From the NCBI GenBank assembly GCA_004764695.1, contig SMSO01000031.1:2952436-3016435 (forward strand): a stretch of DNA of 64,000 nucleotides, written 5' to 3'. Of the stretch, positions 1 through 14,411 are shown in pieces. The translations under genes were made by a program, and so were the position numbers. The stretch comes from Schizochytrium sp. TIO01. Lineage: Eukaryota > Protista > Bigyra: Labyrinthulomycetes. Below the pieces are notes generated by a model. That model saw only the letters and a program-made list of their open reading frames with translations. It ran no database searches and was not told the origin of the DNA. Position 1 is the first letter of the stretch. Each line of letters opens with the position of its first letter.

Positions 1-1022
1 CCGGTAACTTCTACGGAAGTGAGAGGGTTGGTTAGTTAGCTAGACGCGCCTAGTCGCTGTCTACTCACTACCTACTACTATGGGAAAGTGGCTTTTTGAG
101 CAATGAAAGATAGTGAGCGAGTTGACACCGTTCGCTGTCTTCTCTGATCTCTTCCTTTCATGGTGCGCTTTCCTCTTTCCCACTTTTTCTTTTTTCACTC
201 TTAGTGTTATACCCACGTGATCTATTAAGTGTTGATTGAAAACCTGTTTTTACATTTGAAAGGTATTTTCGATTAATTGTGAGAAGAACTACTTCAAGTT
301 AAACAAGAACAGCTGGTAAGGGTTTAGAGCGCATGCTCAGTCTTTCTTGCTTTGCTTGGTCAGTGATCGTTGAGCCTGATTAGGTCTGAAGGCGAGGGGC
401 TTATGAGGGTCATGCGGGCGGCTTGAAGACATGAAAAGCGCCAAGTGTTCGTTCCCCTGCCAGGAGGTTTTTAGTAAAACTGCGAGAATCTATGAGCAGT
501 AAAAAAAGTGCGATGAGAAGAAAAGAAGAGCTATGACCCATATTTTAGTCTCAGAAGAATGGGAAGGAGGCCAATTCTCACTCTTTCTTTTATTTTGTTC
601 TGTTTCGAGATCGTTGGCTTAAACTTTTTTTTTAAATTTAAATATAAAACAAGTTTTAAAAGAAGAGAAGGAAAGGAAAGGAAAGAGAAAGAACTCTTTT
701 AGCTTTTGTGCATTCCGATGATTTGAATAAGCATATCATATAAAATAAAGGAGAAGAACATAATTCCAAGGTTTCAAGGTGAGGTTGTATTGGTATAGTG
801 GGCATGCCAGAGAGCTTTTGTTGCGCCTAATCGTCAATCTCTGCTTTCTGCGGGGAACCCGCTCATATGTATGTCCTTCTAAGGAGGCCGTTTTCAAGCG
901 GACACCCATTTATCATAGCTAGCGTCGCAAGCAGCCTCGCGGTTTTCTGCCACTTGGTTTGCTGGCAGGCCGGCCAGCCTCGCTCTTTTCTCTTTTCTCT
1001 TTTCTCTTTTTTATTTTAAATA

Positions 1023-1063
<41 letters not shown>

Positions 1064-1940
1064 TTTACTTGTTCTATTTTCTCCCCCTTGTTTTGTTTCT
1101 CTTTCAAAGAACCTCGAAAACCTTTTTTCACTTAAAAAAATAAATCAATTGAAGGTCATAAGAGTAAGAGGAGCGCTTGTCGTCGCAGTTTTTAAATATG
1201 ATTTATTCATGTGTCGGTATATTCCTTTTTACTTAAAAACATGTTTTAAAATAGAAATCATAATTCTGGTTCCTGAGTGCCGAGACTCCGTATATTTCTT
1301 TCTGCCTTTCCATGTTTGTGGCATGTGATACATACTGCACCCATCATCCACATCGCTCACTTGTGACTGTCTTCGTTCCTCCTCCCCCTAGTCCTCCAAC
1401 TCATTGCTTGATCTGTTGGAGATGTGGCTGGCACGTTTGCCTGTCTCCCATCGCTTGGACAGACAGTTTCCCCCATTCGTTGCCAATCGCAAAGACTTCG
1501 CTTTCCTGCTTTTCCCCCCTTTGAAATGAAAAGGCGCCATACTTGAGCGGCAAAGCATGCACGCTCCAAAAGCAGGCTTGCTCTGATCAAGTTGAAGCGA
1601 CTTAATCAAATCGAGCCTCGCCAATCAAGGTGAACTTGGCTGATACACCCCACCACCACCTCAATCAAGGCCAATGACCCGCTCATCATCGGCAGTGTTG
1701 TTTTCCGCTCCTCCTCGCGTAGTCGGCCTAGGTACGGTTCGTCTCTGCTTCTGCTTTGTATAGGCAGCCAAGTCAACTTCGCTCTCTTCGTTGTTCCTTC
1801 TCCTCCTCCTTACTTTCATTCATTCATTCATTCATTCATTCATTCAAACTCAAAGACACGGAAAGAAAGGAACCTCCGCAACGCGGTTCCAATACTGAGG
1901 GAAGAAGCTTTATCGCCCTTTTCGAAGCGATTGGGCAAAC

Positions 1941-1973
<33 letters not shown>

Positions 1974-2474
1974 AGAACGATGTGATTATTCTGACGAGGA
2001 GCTTCTGAAGAAGAAGAAGAGCTTATAAATCTTCAGAGCTCTTGTAAAGAGGCACACACGGAGAGAGATCGCGGTGGACGTTGAGAGAGAGAGAAAAGAG
2101 AGAGAGAGAGAGAGTCCGATCGATCTTTCGCTGGCCAGCGAGAGGTTTGCGCCAGCCTCGTCCTGCTCAGCGGAGGCGGGCTGAACGAGTCCGTGCAGGG
2201 AGTTCAGGTTTGGAGGAGGCAGAGCTGAAGGGGAGCGAGGCTGCCGACGACGAGGTCGGGATGAGATGGAGCGAACTCTTCGCGAACTCTACTCCAGTCT
2301 AGTCTACAAATGCGAATGCGGAATGCGAAGAAGAAGGCAGCACAGTTTGAAAGTTGAAGTAGAGTGTCTCCTATTAGGTCCTAGCTAACCAAGATTTCCT
2401 CTTTTCCGATTTTGTTTTCTAACTGGAGCTGAAAAAAGGAAAAGAAAAAGAATCGAACAGAATGAATAACTAAA

Positions 2475-2509
<35 letters not shown>

Positions 2510-5462
2510 ATAAATAAATAAATAAATCAAGTGGAAACCGAGTCAAACTTGAACTTCTAGCGCTGCATAGGTGCCTGCTACCGTGCTGTCTCCTGCAAAT
2601 GAATGATGCATTCATTTGCATTGGAACACCTCCTTGGCCAAGTTTGCAGCGAAATGCGCTTCGAGTTGAGATGCGCTTCGAACTGATCGGTTTGGCGGTG
2701 ATGAGGAGAGCCATGGCCGACTGTAGAGAGCAGGGAGGTAGCGCAGCTTAGCTAAGCTTGTGCACGCGGAGGAGGACTTCGGGCGCCGTGGCTAATCAAT
2801 CCACTTCTTTGTTCTGGGTCAGCGAGGAAATTTCGAGGTGTTAGTCTGCATGTTCCTTTAGGTCTGTCAGGATGAAATGAAATAAATTGAATTGAATTGA
2901 AATGTGCCTTCGCTGGGAAGAGAGAACTCGAGCAAATGGCAGCATCAAGCGCTGGATGAATTCGAAGGCCGCAAGTTTCCGTTCACGTGTAATAGTTTGC
3001 TTAGTCACGAGGCTGAGACGCTCCTCCCCCAAAGAAAGAAGAACATGTCGGTGCCGATTCTTCCCGAACTACATGTCACGGCGCATGAATCGTGTGTCAG
3101 AATTCGCAGTGTGGAATTTCACCTCAAGTCGCTATTCGTTTCTATGATGAAAGGGTTCTTCCAGACAGTTACTCTGCCATTTCGTGAAAACCGGCCCTTG
3201 AAAATGCGCTGACCCTGAAGTGATTTAATTAAATTTGTGGGCAGTTCTTCGTTCTCCAGGTTCTCGTTGATGGTCTCCTGCTTCTGCTTATTGTAATGCT
3301 CTTGTTTCCGCTGTCTGTGAGTTTGTCTGTCAGTCATTTAGATCGTCACTGCCCTGCTACAAACTACAACTTCTTCTTCTTGCAATTCGCGTGACAGTTT
3401 CGCTCTTCTCAGCTGTGCCTGGGCCCGACGGGATGGTCCCGAGGAACACGCATGAGCCAGCTCGGTTAGGAAAGGTTCGATTTAAGGTGGCACAATCCTC
3501 ATTGCTTTCTGCCAAACTCCACATGAATGTATGCATGCTCAGAGGACAGCGCAAACGAATCCATCCAATTTCTGGCGCCATCTCAAACAAACGAACAAGA
3601 AACAAAGAAACAACAAAGAAACAATCAAATAAATGAACATACAAACAAACAGAGCTCCAGACACAAAGGATTGTTAGCTGGTCAATGCTCTCAGTTCGTC
3701 CACCGACTTTATCGACCTGGATGCGACAGCATAGCGTGGAGTCGTGACGAACGAATTTCACCTCTCGCTGCCCTCGACTATGAAAAAGGAACAAAGCAGC
3801 GCAAAATAACCATCGATCGCGATTAACAAATAAATAGTTCAACAGCGATTCCATGAAAGGTCAGCGCAATCAGTACCTCTATTATGTAGTATGATGTAGC
3901 CATTTCAGCCAATGGAAAACCAAATAAAGCAGAGAGAAAGGAGAAAAGAAAGCAAAACAAAAGAAGGCAATAAATAGAAAACACAGCAGCGGAGGAAAAC
4001 GATGATTCCAACTAACCGTGTGATGTGCTTTCAGCCGAGCTTCTGCCGAGCTGGAGAGGGAAAGGCCGCGGCGACTTGTGAGGATCATTATGTCCTGCCT
4101 CAAAGCTCCCTCGAGTCTTCCCAGATTCGCCGCGCACTTCATCAAGGCCCGGGTCGAAGGGAAGGAGTAGCCGAGGGCTCTAGCGTCCAGCGCTTGCCGA
4201 GAAATGAACCTAAAGTTATAAGGGGAAAAACAGTGCGCGCGCTGTGCTTTCTTCATTCGTTGTATATGAAGGAAGCACGTACTTTCCACATTTTAAAAAT
4301 AAAGCATTACGTGCGTATTGAACATTACTATGATCTCTTTTTGTTGTTGCACGGCACTTTCTTTTCGTTTTTTCAACATATAGATATATATATATATATA
4401 TATAATTAAAAAAATTAATAAATCGATCGCTACGAGGCATCTTATTGTTTACGGTAAAAGGGTTAATTGAAAGGAGATTTATTGAAAAGAGCGAGGGCAT
4501 CCATCTTGGTTTTCCGCACGTTCGGTTAAGAACTTTTTAAAGTACGAAAAAGAAAATGCAATGAACATTGTGGAGGGAGGAGAGAACTCTTTGGATAGAC
4601 AGATTGTGCTTCCCACGCAGGATTCCTGCGCTCACCCTGCCTGGTTCGTCTTGCTCGCATGCACGATCACACCTTATGACCGAAGTCCCTCCAGTCCAGC
4701 CTCGCGATCTGATCTAACTCCCCTCCACTACGCGTGAGCTCAAGCCCGACGCAGTCTGCCAGATCGCTCTGCTCCCGCCGTTCTCCATGCATATACAGAA
4801 AGCAGATGGTATTGTGAGGCCCAGCAAACTCAAAGTCGTCATTCCCAGCTCGACGAAACCCATTTCGGACATTCCAGCCGCCGGGATCTGCAAAGACGAA
4901 GGGCCATCAGGCTGCATGGAGCCAACGTTCAGGTTCAACTTGCAACCACCACCCACTCTCTTCAAGTTGCCCATGATCGACCTCACTTTTCAGTTCTCAC
5001 GAAGCCAATCCAACTCGTTCCCAACAAACATTCTAAAACCCGTGCTGGCGCAGCACTTATTTTGATATGATCAAAAGTAAGAAGCTTAAACCATTATAAA
5101 AGGGAACGCCAATGCAAGAACTAACCTGAAAGAAGGTCTATACTGTTCCGCTGATCGAGATATCAATCAATCAATCAGTCAATCAATCAATCAATCAATT
5201 AACTTTATAAGCACTGAGCGTGGAGAAGAGCGTGGGCAACAAAAGGGCAAGGCTCGCATGCGCCTCCTCTGCCGAAAAGGCCGAGTCAAAATGCAAGCGC
5301 TCAAGTCCCAAAGCAGCGAACCAACTCGCTTCTCTCTAATAAGCTGGGCTTCGTCGTCTAGCACTGCTTTTCATCAGTGCTTCAGGAATGAAAATCTCCT
5401 CAGCCGAGTGATTTGATTCCTCTCGAGTATACCAATTGATTGACTGGTCGATTGATTTATTG

Positions 5463-5493
<31 letters not shown>

Positions 5494-8400
5494 AATCAAT
5501 TGATCGATTCATTCATTTCATTTCTCGTTAGCCGAGCTCTACCTTCGCTAGGGCGTCACGGGCGAAGGAGACAGACCACGGGCTCGTGACACGGGTCGAG
5601 GCCGCGTGGAGACGGCCACGGCCACGAGAACGGGAAGGAGGACGAGAAGGTCGCCTGCCTGGCTGGTGGAGCGGTTGGCTGCTGGCGCGAGCGACGTGAC
5701 GGTGGCGACCTCGAGCAACAGCAGAGCTTTGTTTGTCTCTTCGCTCTGTAGCATCTTAATTTAGAATAAAATTAAAGGGTCTTTTGCGCTCTTGCTTTGT
5801 ATTGCTATGGGGAAAAGACCAAAACAACGATTCTTTTTCATCGTGCGAGCGAGAAAGTATTTTTGTTTGGGGACTTGAGGCCCTTCTTCGTCTCCGTGCG
5901 GCGGTTGTCCGTGAAGGCTGCGATTCGCTCGATACATTTTGCCTGATTGCCGGGATATCTGCCTGATTGATCTCGTCTTTCTGCAGGCTTCTGAGCGAGA
6001 AAGAGAAGACGAATAGAATTCATTCTGTTTTATGCCACTGTTTCATTCGTAATGAGCGATCCTGGCGTTTTCAACTTCGTCGTCACGGGCCGTGTTCCCT
6101 TCATCTTCTCTCTCTGGAGATGTTATAAATGTATATGAGTGGACTCGTGCTAATGTATTGATGTGTTTTGAAATTGATTAATTAGTTAATCAATTAGCGA
6201 GCACTTGAAGGAAGGGTGGAAGCTGAGGGTGGAGAGCAGTGTGAGGGACTCGGAATCTTCAACTTATGGTCCTTTTGCCTGTTTTCTTCGTCTGCACAGA
6301 CCATGCTCATGCCCAGCTCGCTGAGGGAACAGACACAGCAGCATAAGGCGACCTTTGGCAGGTAGGTAGGCAGCTAGCTAGCTAGCCATTATGCAAATCC
6401 AACCTGCTCGATAACGTTGAATGACTAACTCGCTCCTCATTCATTCGCTTCTTCGTTTTTTAATTATTATTGAAATCAAAACAATTCTTCAATTAAATTC
6501 TAGTATGTCTTATTCATGTATTAGAAAACGTTTTCTAATTTTTATTTTATTTTTTTCAGATAAATATGTTGAGAGTTTTTGAAAGGAGAATTCCATCTTT
6601 TTTCACGTGCGACAGGGAAAAAGAAAGCAGCCTGTACGTGATTTATTGAGAATGGCCATCGCGTGTTTGGGCCTGAATTGTACGGTCGCTCCAAAGCAAG
6701 GACTTCTAAACACCTACGTTCTACGCTCTGGCAGATAGGCAGGAAAGCAGGGCCAAAATAGAGCTAGTAGGCGATTCAAACATTAGATGGGATTGCCCAT
6801 TCATCTCAACTGATTGTTCCGATGAGTGAATTGGCGAAAATGAAACTCTCCAACTCCAGATTGAATGAATGTATGATACAGCGACAACGTGATTGGAAAA
6901 AAATGACTGACGAAAGGAAGCCAATGAATGGTAGGAGAGTGAATTGAATTAACATTGATCGAAGAGAAATATAAAAGCGGCGCCGCTGATTTTATGGGAC
7001 CCGGCGAAGGCGTTGACAAGTGGACTTTTTATACATTTACTTTTCGAAGAGGAATAAACGGTGTTCACACTACACTCATCAAAATCATCAACGTGTTTTT
7101 TACTATTCATATTTTTATTTTTTCAATTCTAAATCAAAGAGTTTAGTGTCTTGAAAAATAATAATATATATTTTAAAAAAAAAAATTAGAGAAAGAAGAA
7201 ATAACTGCTTAGGTTAATTTTACTCCCAAGCCAAAGTGTAAACAACTCGGAATTATGACCTCCACCTTGATAGTAGGTACAACATATCACACCTCTCAAA
7301 GCGTTTCTCCCCTCAATTGAATTTTCTTTTTTTTATTCGTCTCCTTTCAATAGAGAAAGACGGGATAAGCATACTTCTAAACACGTGTTCTGTGCTATGA
7401 AAGACAGTTCCACAGAGGCCCTAAACGAAAATAAAATAGCAACTCGTTTTCTATTCTTTAACCTATCGAACTGCTCAACCCGCTCGCAGTCCTTTCTTTG
7501 CAAATCAGATAAAGCTCATTCCAATTTATTCTTGCTCTTTAGCTTTAATGTACCTGCTTTCCTCAGAGGGATATAAAAACATATTTATATAGTTTCATTT
7601 TACACCGCAGCATCTCTGGAGAAAGAGAACGGTGTTGCACATGCACAACTTGAATGGCCAACCGACTAGCCATCTACGCAATATTGCCTTCATTAAAAAA
7701 GAAAACAGCAGCTCGTGGCAAGTAGTAAGAAACCTGCAGATTCTCAGCAAAACCAGAGCTCCACTCAACAAAACGCAATATTAAGCCATGAGTAGCGCGG
7801 TAGATGGGCCACGCCTCCGCGTCCGATGCTGCTCGTCTCGCAAGTCACGTGCCGACGGCGGTAATTCATTCATATGAGGTTCATGCACATGTAGGTGACC
7901 AAGCAATATGTGAGGGAAAAAAATATTTATTTTTCTTATTTCTTAATTTTAAAATATATAGATAATATGCAAGTCTGGATCCCTACGCAAAGAATTGAAA
8001 AGAAGAGGAATTCTGTTCAATTAATTATAGCGGCTGGAGTTCAAGTAGCTAGCAGTTGGAGTTGCTCTCTGTTTATAATCCATCATCTACCGAGGCTTCT
8101 TTCTGTAACTCAAAGCTGCCTTCTTTTTCTTTATTTCTAGAAAATTAAAAAAAATTGATAATTCTGTGCCGCAGTTATGCATTATCCAAGCGGCCTGTTC
8201 CGTCAGTAGCGGATCCCATAGAAAACCATAGGACCCCACGGCAGGTCTAAAACATTCATGGATGTGAGGAGGTTCACTCCAGTTCACATCTACTCTAACT
8301 GTCAGCTATCTGCTTGCCTAAGGGTCGCTCATGCTGGGACAGGGACCATCAGTCGGGCAGTCTGCACGCGATGGCAATCGAGCGAGCGGCTGGCAATACC

Positions 8401-8879
8401 TGCAGCAGACGAGCACGCGTCTGAGCTAGCGAGTATGTGCTCGGACTCGGAGCACTTGCAAGCTTGGTATTTGCAAGCTTGCTATTACAGCGAGCTGAGA
8501 CTGCTGCCTTCCAGCCAGCCGTGCACAAGAGTGCCTCGCTTGCACAATCGGAGCAACGGTCTCAAAGAAAGCAAGTGCTACCGAGGCTTATCCCATCATG
8601 ATCTCTTCCACTGATTTAGTTGTTTTCTATTTTTTTAAACTTGTTCGTGATCTGTAATTATTATTATAATTTTATGGAGAAAGAATTGGAATTAATGAAA
8701 GTATTTCGTTTGTTTTGTGCAAAGTCTACTTTCTTCGCCATCATCTTCTTCTACTGTTACATTGACTTTATTTTATTTTCCTTTTATATGCTGCTTTTTT
8801 AAGAAAAGAAAGAAAGAAAGTTTAACAGAAAAAACAGCTGTTGTTTTTATTATTATTGTTATTGTTATTGTTATTCTTG

Positions 8880-9026
8880 TTGTTTGTTTGTTTGTTTGTT
8901 TGTTTGTTTGTTTGTTTGTTTGTTTGTTTGTTTGTTTGTTTGTTTGTTTGTTTGTTTGTTTGTTTGTTTGTTTGTTTGTTTGTTTGTTTGTTTGTTTGTT
9001 TGTTTGTTTGTTTGTTTGTTTGTTTG
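8880..9026. repeat. (TTTG)n microsatellite, ~36 copies
   Basis: Uninterrupted tetranucleotide tract read directly; produces the spurious FVCL-repeat ORFs. Confidence 0.97.
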
Positions 9027-12000
9027 GTGAATAGCTATAACATGAACCTTCTCAATTATTGACTCACCCGCGGCAGCGCGAAGGAAAATTAAACTAGATC
9101 TGGGGTTTTCCTTCTCTTTACTCGTCTTGGGAGATGGCTCACTAGCACGCTCTACTGGTTTTCCTACCGTTGCTCTGCTCGCTCTGCTTCTCTACCTCAA
9201 GGAGAAAAAGCACGTGTTTCTAGTTAGTTGTGAGCACGGAATAGATACCTAGATACCCCAAAACATAGGACTTCATTCTCTCCCTCTCTTTCTCTCTCTC
9301 TCTCTCCATGTGCCAGCGCGTATGAAAATGTGCCGCGCGAGCGAGGGACGGAAGTCTTCATATTGCTCTTATATAGTTGTTATGCTTGAATTCTAACTAT
9401 TTTTTACCCTCATTTTTCCCCTTTTCCAAAGCATCAAGGGTTCGCCGCGCGTGCGGTGCTGTCCTGTACGCCTCCGCAGATAGAGTCTATGCCGGGCACG
9501 CGCAAACTCGAAGGCATCCTCAGCTTTCAGTGCGGAGCAGGCGCTCATTCACTCACTCGGCAAGGGCTGCGCGTTTCAAGAGAGACAGGGCTGCTCTCCG
9601 TCGCTTTGGCTGTGAAGAGTACGAAATTTGCGCAGCTTTGTTCGAAAAGCTAGCAGCTTATGATTTGGTGCACTGTGGGTTCGTGGGGAGGGGTCCGCGC
9701 TACTGCTTATTGCTAGTTAGTTCTGAGGTACTACTAGATGCTCGCATAGATGCGCACTTCCTACGTACTACTCCAATGCGTGAGACAATCAACAAATAGA
9801 CGGAGTGCTCGACCGACCCGCCATGCGATTTTGATTGAGTGACTGGCAGTATTGCTCAGGAGTGGTTGTGCCTGGAAACCAAGGGGCATGCGCTTGCTTT
9901 GAATATAATTTATAAGCAGCGCGTTCATTCAATTCAAGTAGTGGAAGGAAAAGGCACGAGCATTGGTGGCCCTAGGGTTTGTAAGAAAGATGAAGTTGCG
10001 GTTGACTGCTATGAGATGTTTCCAAAGCTAGCAGCTTGAAATCAGTGGTCCCTGAGAACCCGGCTTTGCTCTTGCTCGAATTTCGCAAGGACGTGTGTAA
10101 GCAGAAGGACGCAGAGGCTGCTGAGTTTGCAATCAAAGCCGTTGAGGACCACGAAAGAAAAGCTGAACAACTTCAATTGCGCGTGATTTTTATCCCATTT
10201 CGATAGCAGACATGGGGCCAGCGACCGTATGGTTCTCGCCAGTTTTGCTCCAAAAGCCTTCCAATCACTTCCAGGCTATAGATGCATGCACCTTTAACTA
10301 TTATGCACCCTTGGATTTTCCACTTTCAGGATAATGCCTTTCCCTGTTCCCACTTTCACTGCTCCCCGGAGCACTTCAGACTGTTGGAAAATAGTAATAA
10401 GTATGCCAATCCAGGCTAGCCAGGTCTTTTTCGTCCTCAGCTCAAACCTTTGGCATCTTCTCCTTTAACGAGCTAGCCACTGCGAGATGCTGCTTCTTCT
10501 GATCTCCCTACAGATGAGCAATATCGTTTTTTGCAGCTCCGCTATTGTGTTATCTCTTCCTCTTTCCCCTTTTACTGTTAGCACTATCATATTGATTGAT
10601 GTGTGATACCTTTTAAAGATTTGATATTGTTTTTCTAATAAAAATATATTTTTTAAAAAAAGAATTAATAAATATATATATCATATATAAAGCACTATTG
10701 TTTGTATTTTGTTTATTTTTCCTCTAGCTAGAGATCAAGCGTATTATTTTCTAATTTTAATCTGAAAATAAACTAAACGTAGAAAATCGACGAATCGTTA
10801 GGCGAGAGGGTGAAAAGCATTTCTCATCTGATATTAGGATTACTACCGTCCATTCAACTTGAGATGGGCTTCTCAACTGCCATTGGTGCTCTCCACTATC
10901 GATCGCTTGATTCTTCAAAATAAGCGGATTCCTGTCAGGCCTCGCGCGTATATAGGACAGCAGGACGCCAAATTCAGTGTCCGCGGAGAGGAGAAGAAGC
11001 AACCCTCCGTTGTTGAGACTCGCGCCACGCACGCCATGTTTCTCTCTCTTGCTGCTGGTTTTCCACAGATCGAGCACCCGAAGATCTTCGCCTCCTTGCT
11101 CAGGCAGGGTTTCGCCGTGGCTCCCTCGAGTTCGGGTCACCAGGGTTCGTTCTCCTTGGATCCATCCTCACCATTGCGCATTTATCTCCGTGAATCTTGG
11201 CAGACAGTCAGTCAATCAGTCATCCAAGTTCAACTTCCCGCCACAACTTCGAGCTACCTCGCCTCTCGCTGATCGTAGCCATTGCCGTCACCGCCGCTGT
11301 TGTCGTCGCCATCGCCGTCGCCGTCAGTGTCATCGCCATCTTGCAGTATTGCGCCTCCCCGAGCGCACAAGCGTAGTCAGTCCTATATGATACTAGTAGC
11401 TAGCTGGCCAAGGCAAAGGTTCGCTTTTCGTGAAGCTGGGTAGGCATGAGTAGTTTGTTTGTTTGTTTGTTTGTTTATTTGTTTATTTGTTTTGTTTTGT
11501 TTGTTTGTTTTTACATTGAGCGAGTGAGATCGAAATGATTTGGTATCGACCCGCCTGTCTAAGCGCATTTATAATCATAAACCTGAGGAGATCTTCAAGA
11601 GTGCATGATGACGCCACACTCGAGAGAGCAGGAGCGGCAGAGATCATGAATGACGCAGGATGAAATGGAGGCCGCCTTTGGTTCGCGGGAACATAGCGTG
11701 ATAAGCAGCAATAAAATGCCACTTTGTTTGTTTGTCTTGAACCCAGTGGTTTACCAACCTATGAAAGTACAGACAGAATTACATGACGCTGCGGAGGACC
11801 AATTTGATTACAAGTCTTTTTCATCTTCTTCGCTTTGATTTAGAAGAAGAACAAACCAAAACCTCTTGGAAACGCGCTGCGTCGGGAGGTTCCTATTTTT
11901 TAGGTTTAAAGAATTGTTTTTAGAAATTAAAATTTAAAATGAAAAAATATGAGGAGAAGAGTGCGAAGCTGAATAGAGAGAACAGCCAAGCAACGAAAGC

Positions 12001-14379
12001 AGGTGAGATATGTGCATGATGGAGCCAAATAGACAGGCGCCGTCGCGAAAGAGACGCTCTCAGGGAGGTGGATCTCTGGGAGGTGGATCTCTGCCCCGAC
12101 TCCATAGGCGGTCTCAATGCAGCCAGTAAATATACTTTATAGCGCCGCAGAGACTCGTATCTGCACCCATCAAAGCGCTGTGAGCCTCGGCCATCATGGG
12201 TTTCTTTCTTCTCTCACCCTCTTAGAAATACTACGTAGGTACTATTATTTAAAATTTAAAAAAAAAAACTTATATAGTAAAAGTAAAAATCGTTTTAATA
12301 ATTAGAGTAGGATTGAAATGGTAAGACTTAGATGAACGTTGTGTATTTTTTAAAAATAGTAAGATATATTATTGATGAAAGGTAGGGTTCATAATAGGGT
12401 TGGAATAAGGAGAAGCTTTTCAACTGTCTTGAAACTCAAAGGCCGTCTCCCAGTCTGTATCTAAAATATTGAGGATCAACGTACAGGACTTGGGCGCATT
12501 ATACTCGTTGATCACATCAAAGTTACGGCTTTCGAAACCATCTGTTAAACACAGAACCATCTCACTGGCCAGAGGGAAGTTGCTCCTGTGAATTCTTTTG
12601 CTCAGGTTAGCCAAAACTCTGTAGCAATATATATAATTATGATTGTTGATTCTACCTGTAGAGGTACTGAGGTTGGCGAAAAGGATAAATGAGAAAGTCT
12701 CGAGGACCATGATGTTAAAAAAACAACAAGCCTCTAGAGAAAGAATCGAACTTTATTTATCGTGTACATTCAATTACTTCTCTCGTCTTCTGGTATGTCC
12801 TAAAATTCTGTTAAATTTCACGTGCAAATGCAACAAGGAAACAATCATTTCAAGTATGACAAGGGGCACAACCTCCTCGTAAAGTAGTTTAGAACAAGCT
12901 GCAAAGTCTTGAATAGACGTCATCAATACCGGCAAATGAACCAGCAACACCAGCATTCACTGCTGCTTTGATTGATTTGGTTCTTTGCTAATTTCTTCTC
13001 CTACTGCTGCTACAAATCTGCACTACAAAGAAACACAGTACCTATTCACTAGCTTAGCTAGCTAGCCACGCAGTACCTCGTTTCGGCCGGACACAACGGT
13101 GCCTGGCCTCAAAAGCTTCTATGATTTATTCATGATAATCGATCTGCAAAGGGCGTCTTCGTCGGCCTTGAAGTAAAATGAATCGAATGGATCGGTACCT
13201 AATCTGTGTCCAGTCCACGCGTAGTGGTCAATCAATCTTCACGGCGGGACCTGTGTACCCTTGAGCCAAAATTGCAATTGCGATACCATTTCCTTCTAGG
13301 AGGTAGCTAGGTACCACCTAGTATCTTTAAAAGAATGAAAAAAAAAAGGGATGGAAAATCTTCACCAGGGTACCCAGAGTTTGGAGAACCACTAAAGCAG
13401 AAGCAGGAGGAACGAAGTAGTCCTGAAATGAGCTTATGCGCAATTGTCTACGGGCCTGGAGACCCAGTGGGCCTGGGCTTATTTCTCCGAACGAAGAAGG
13501 CTCGATGCCAGTGTTGTGCAGTCTTCTTTTTAAATTTTTGTAAAAAAAAAAACGTGCCTGTGTGCTAATGATGTCACAGGGTTATGGCCGCAACGCATTT
13601 TCGACGAAGAGTAGTTGTTCAACAATCCCTCAGGTAGGTCGGTACGCATGTACATAGTACCTCTAGAGCTAGCTAATCAGAATCAGCTAGCTAGCTGACT
13701 AGACTAAGCACAGTAAAAACTCAAGGCAGTCAGTCAACAAAGAGTAGATTTCATAGGGCGGTCGGGTTATTATGAAACAACGTGGTTCCGAGTTTCAAGT
13801 TTCAAGTTTCATGATGGTTCATTTGTTGACAGCAGCCAGTAGCTTTATAAAAATTAAATCTTTTCCTATGATCCTTATCAAGAAAGAAATGAATGCATGC
13901 ATGGAATAATAATTAATTCATCAATCAATCAATCAATCAATGAATGGGTCGATGAGTGAGCTGATCTAATCTGTGGTATTCCGCTCATAGTACAGAGTGG
14001 GAGACGATGGATGCTGCAACGAAGTAGCGAAAGAGCGAACTTGAAGTGGATGTAGTAGTACAAGATAAATACATACAAGCCGAGTGGCGCTGGAAATCGC
14101 CGAGCAAGCAGCCTGCTGCGTTGAGGAGCACGTGAGTAACGAAAATACCTGAGTAGGGAGCTATCGAGCCATCAAGTGATCGAGCGAGTGAATGATCGAG
14201 TGAGTGAGCGAGTGAGTGAGTATCGGGCTGCCAGATTCACGGTGGCTCAACGACCCCAATTCGAGCGAGCCAATCGCTCGTGGAAAAGGTAGTTCGCAGG
14301 CACTAGGGTAAAAGGTAGGTGGGCATACACTAGCTAGTTGCATGGGAACTGTTCCAATAATAGCGAGAAGACTCTTCGC

Positions 14380-14411
<32 letters not shown>

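Noticed and set aside
8717-9062. Hydrophobic FVCL-repeat ORFs (also 19072-19331)
   Set aside because: Translations of microsatellites
12420-12956. Two short protein-looking minus-strand ORFs, a possible pseudogene
   Set aside because: No recognisable motif and no convincing splice sites to join them
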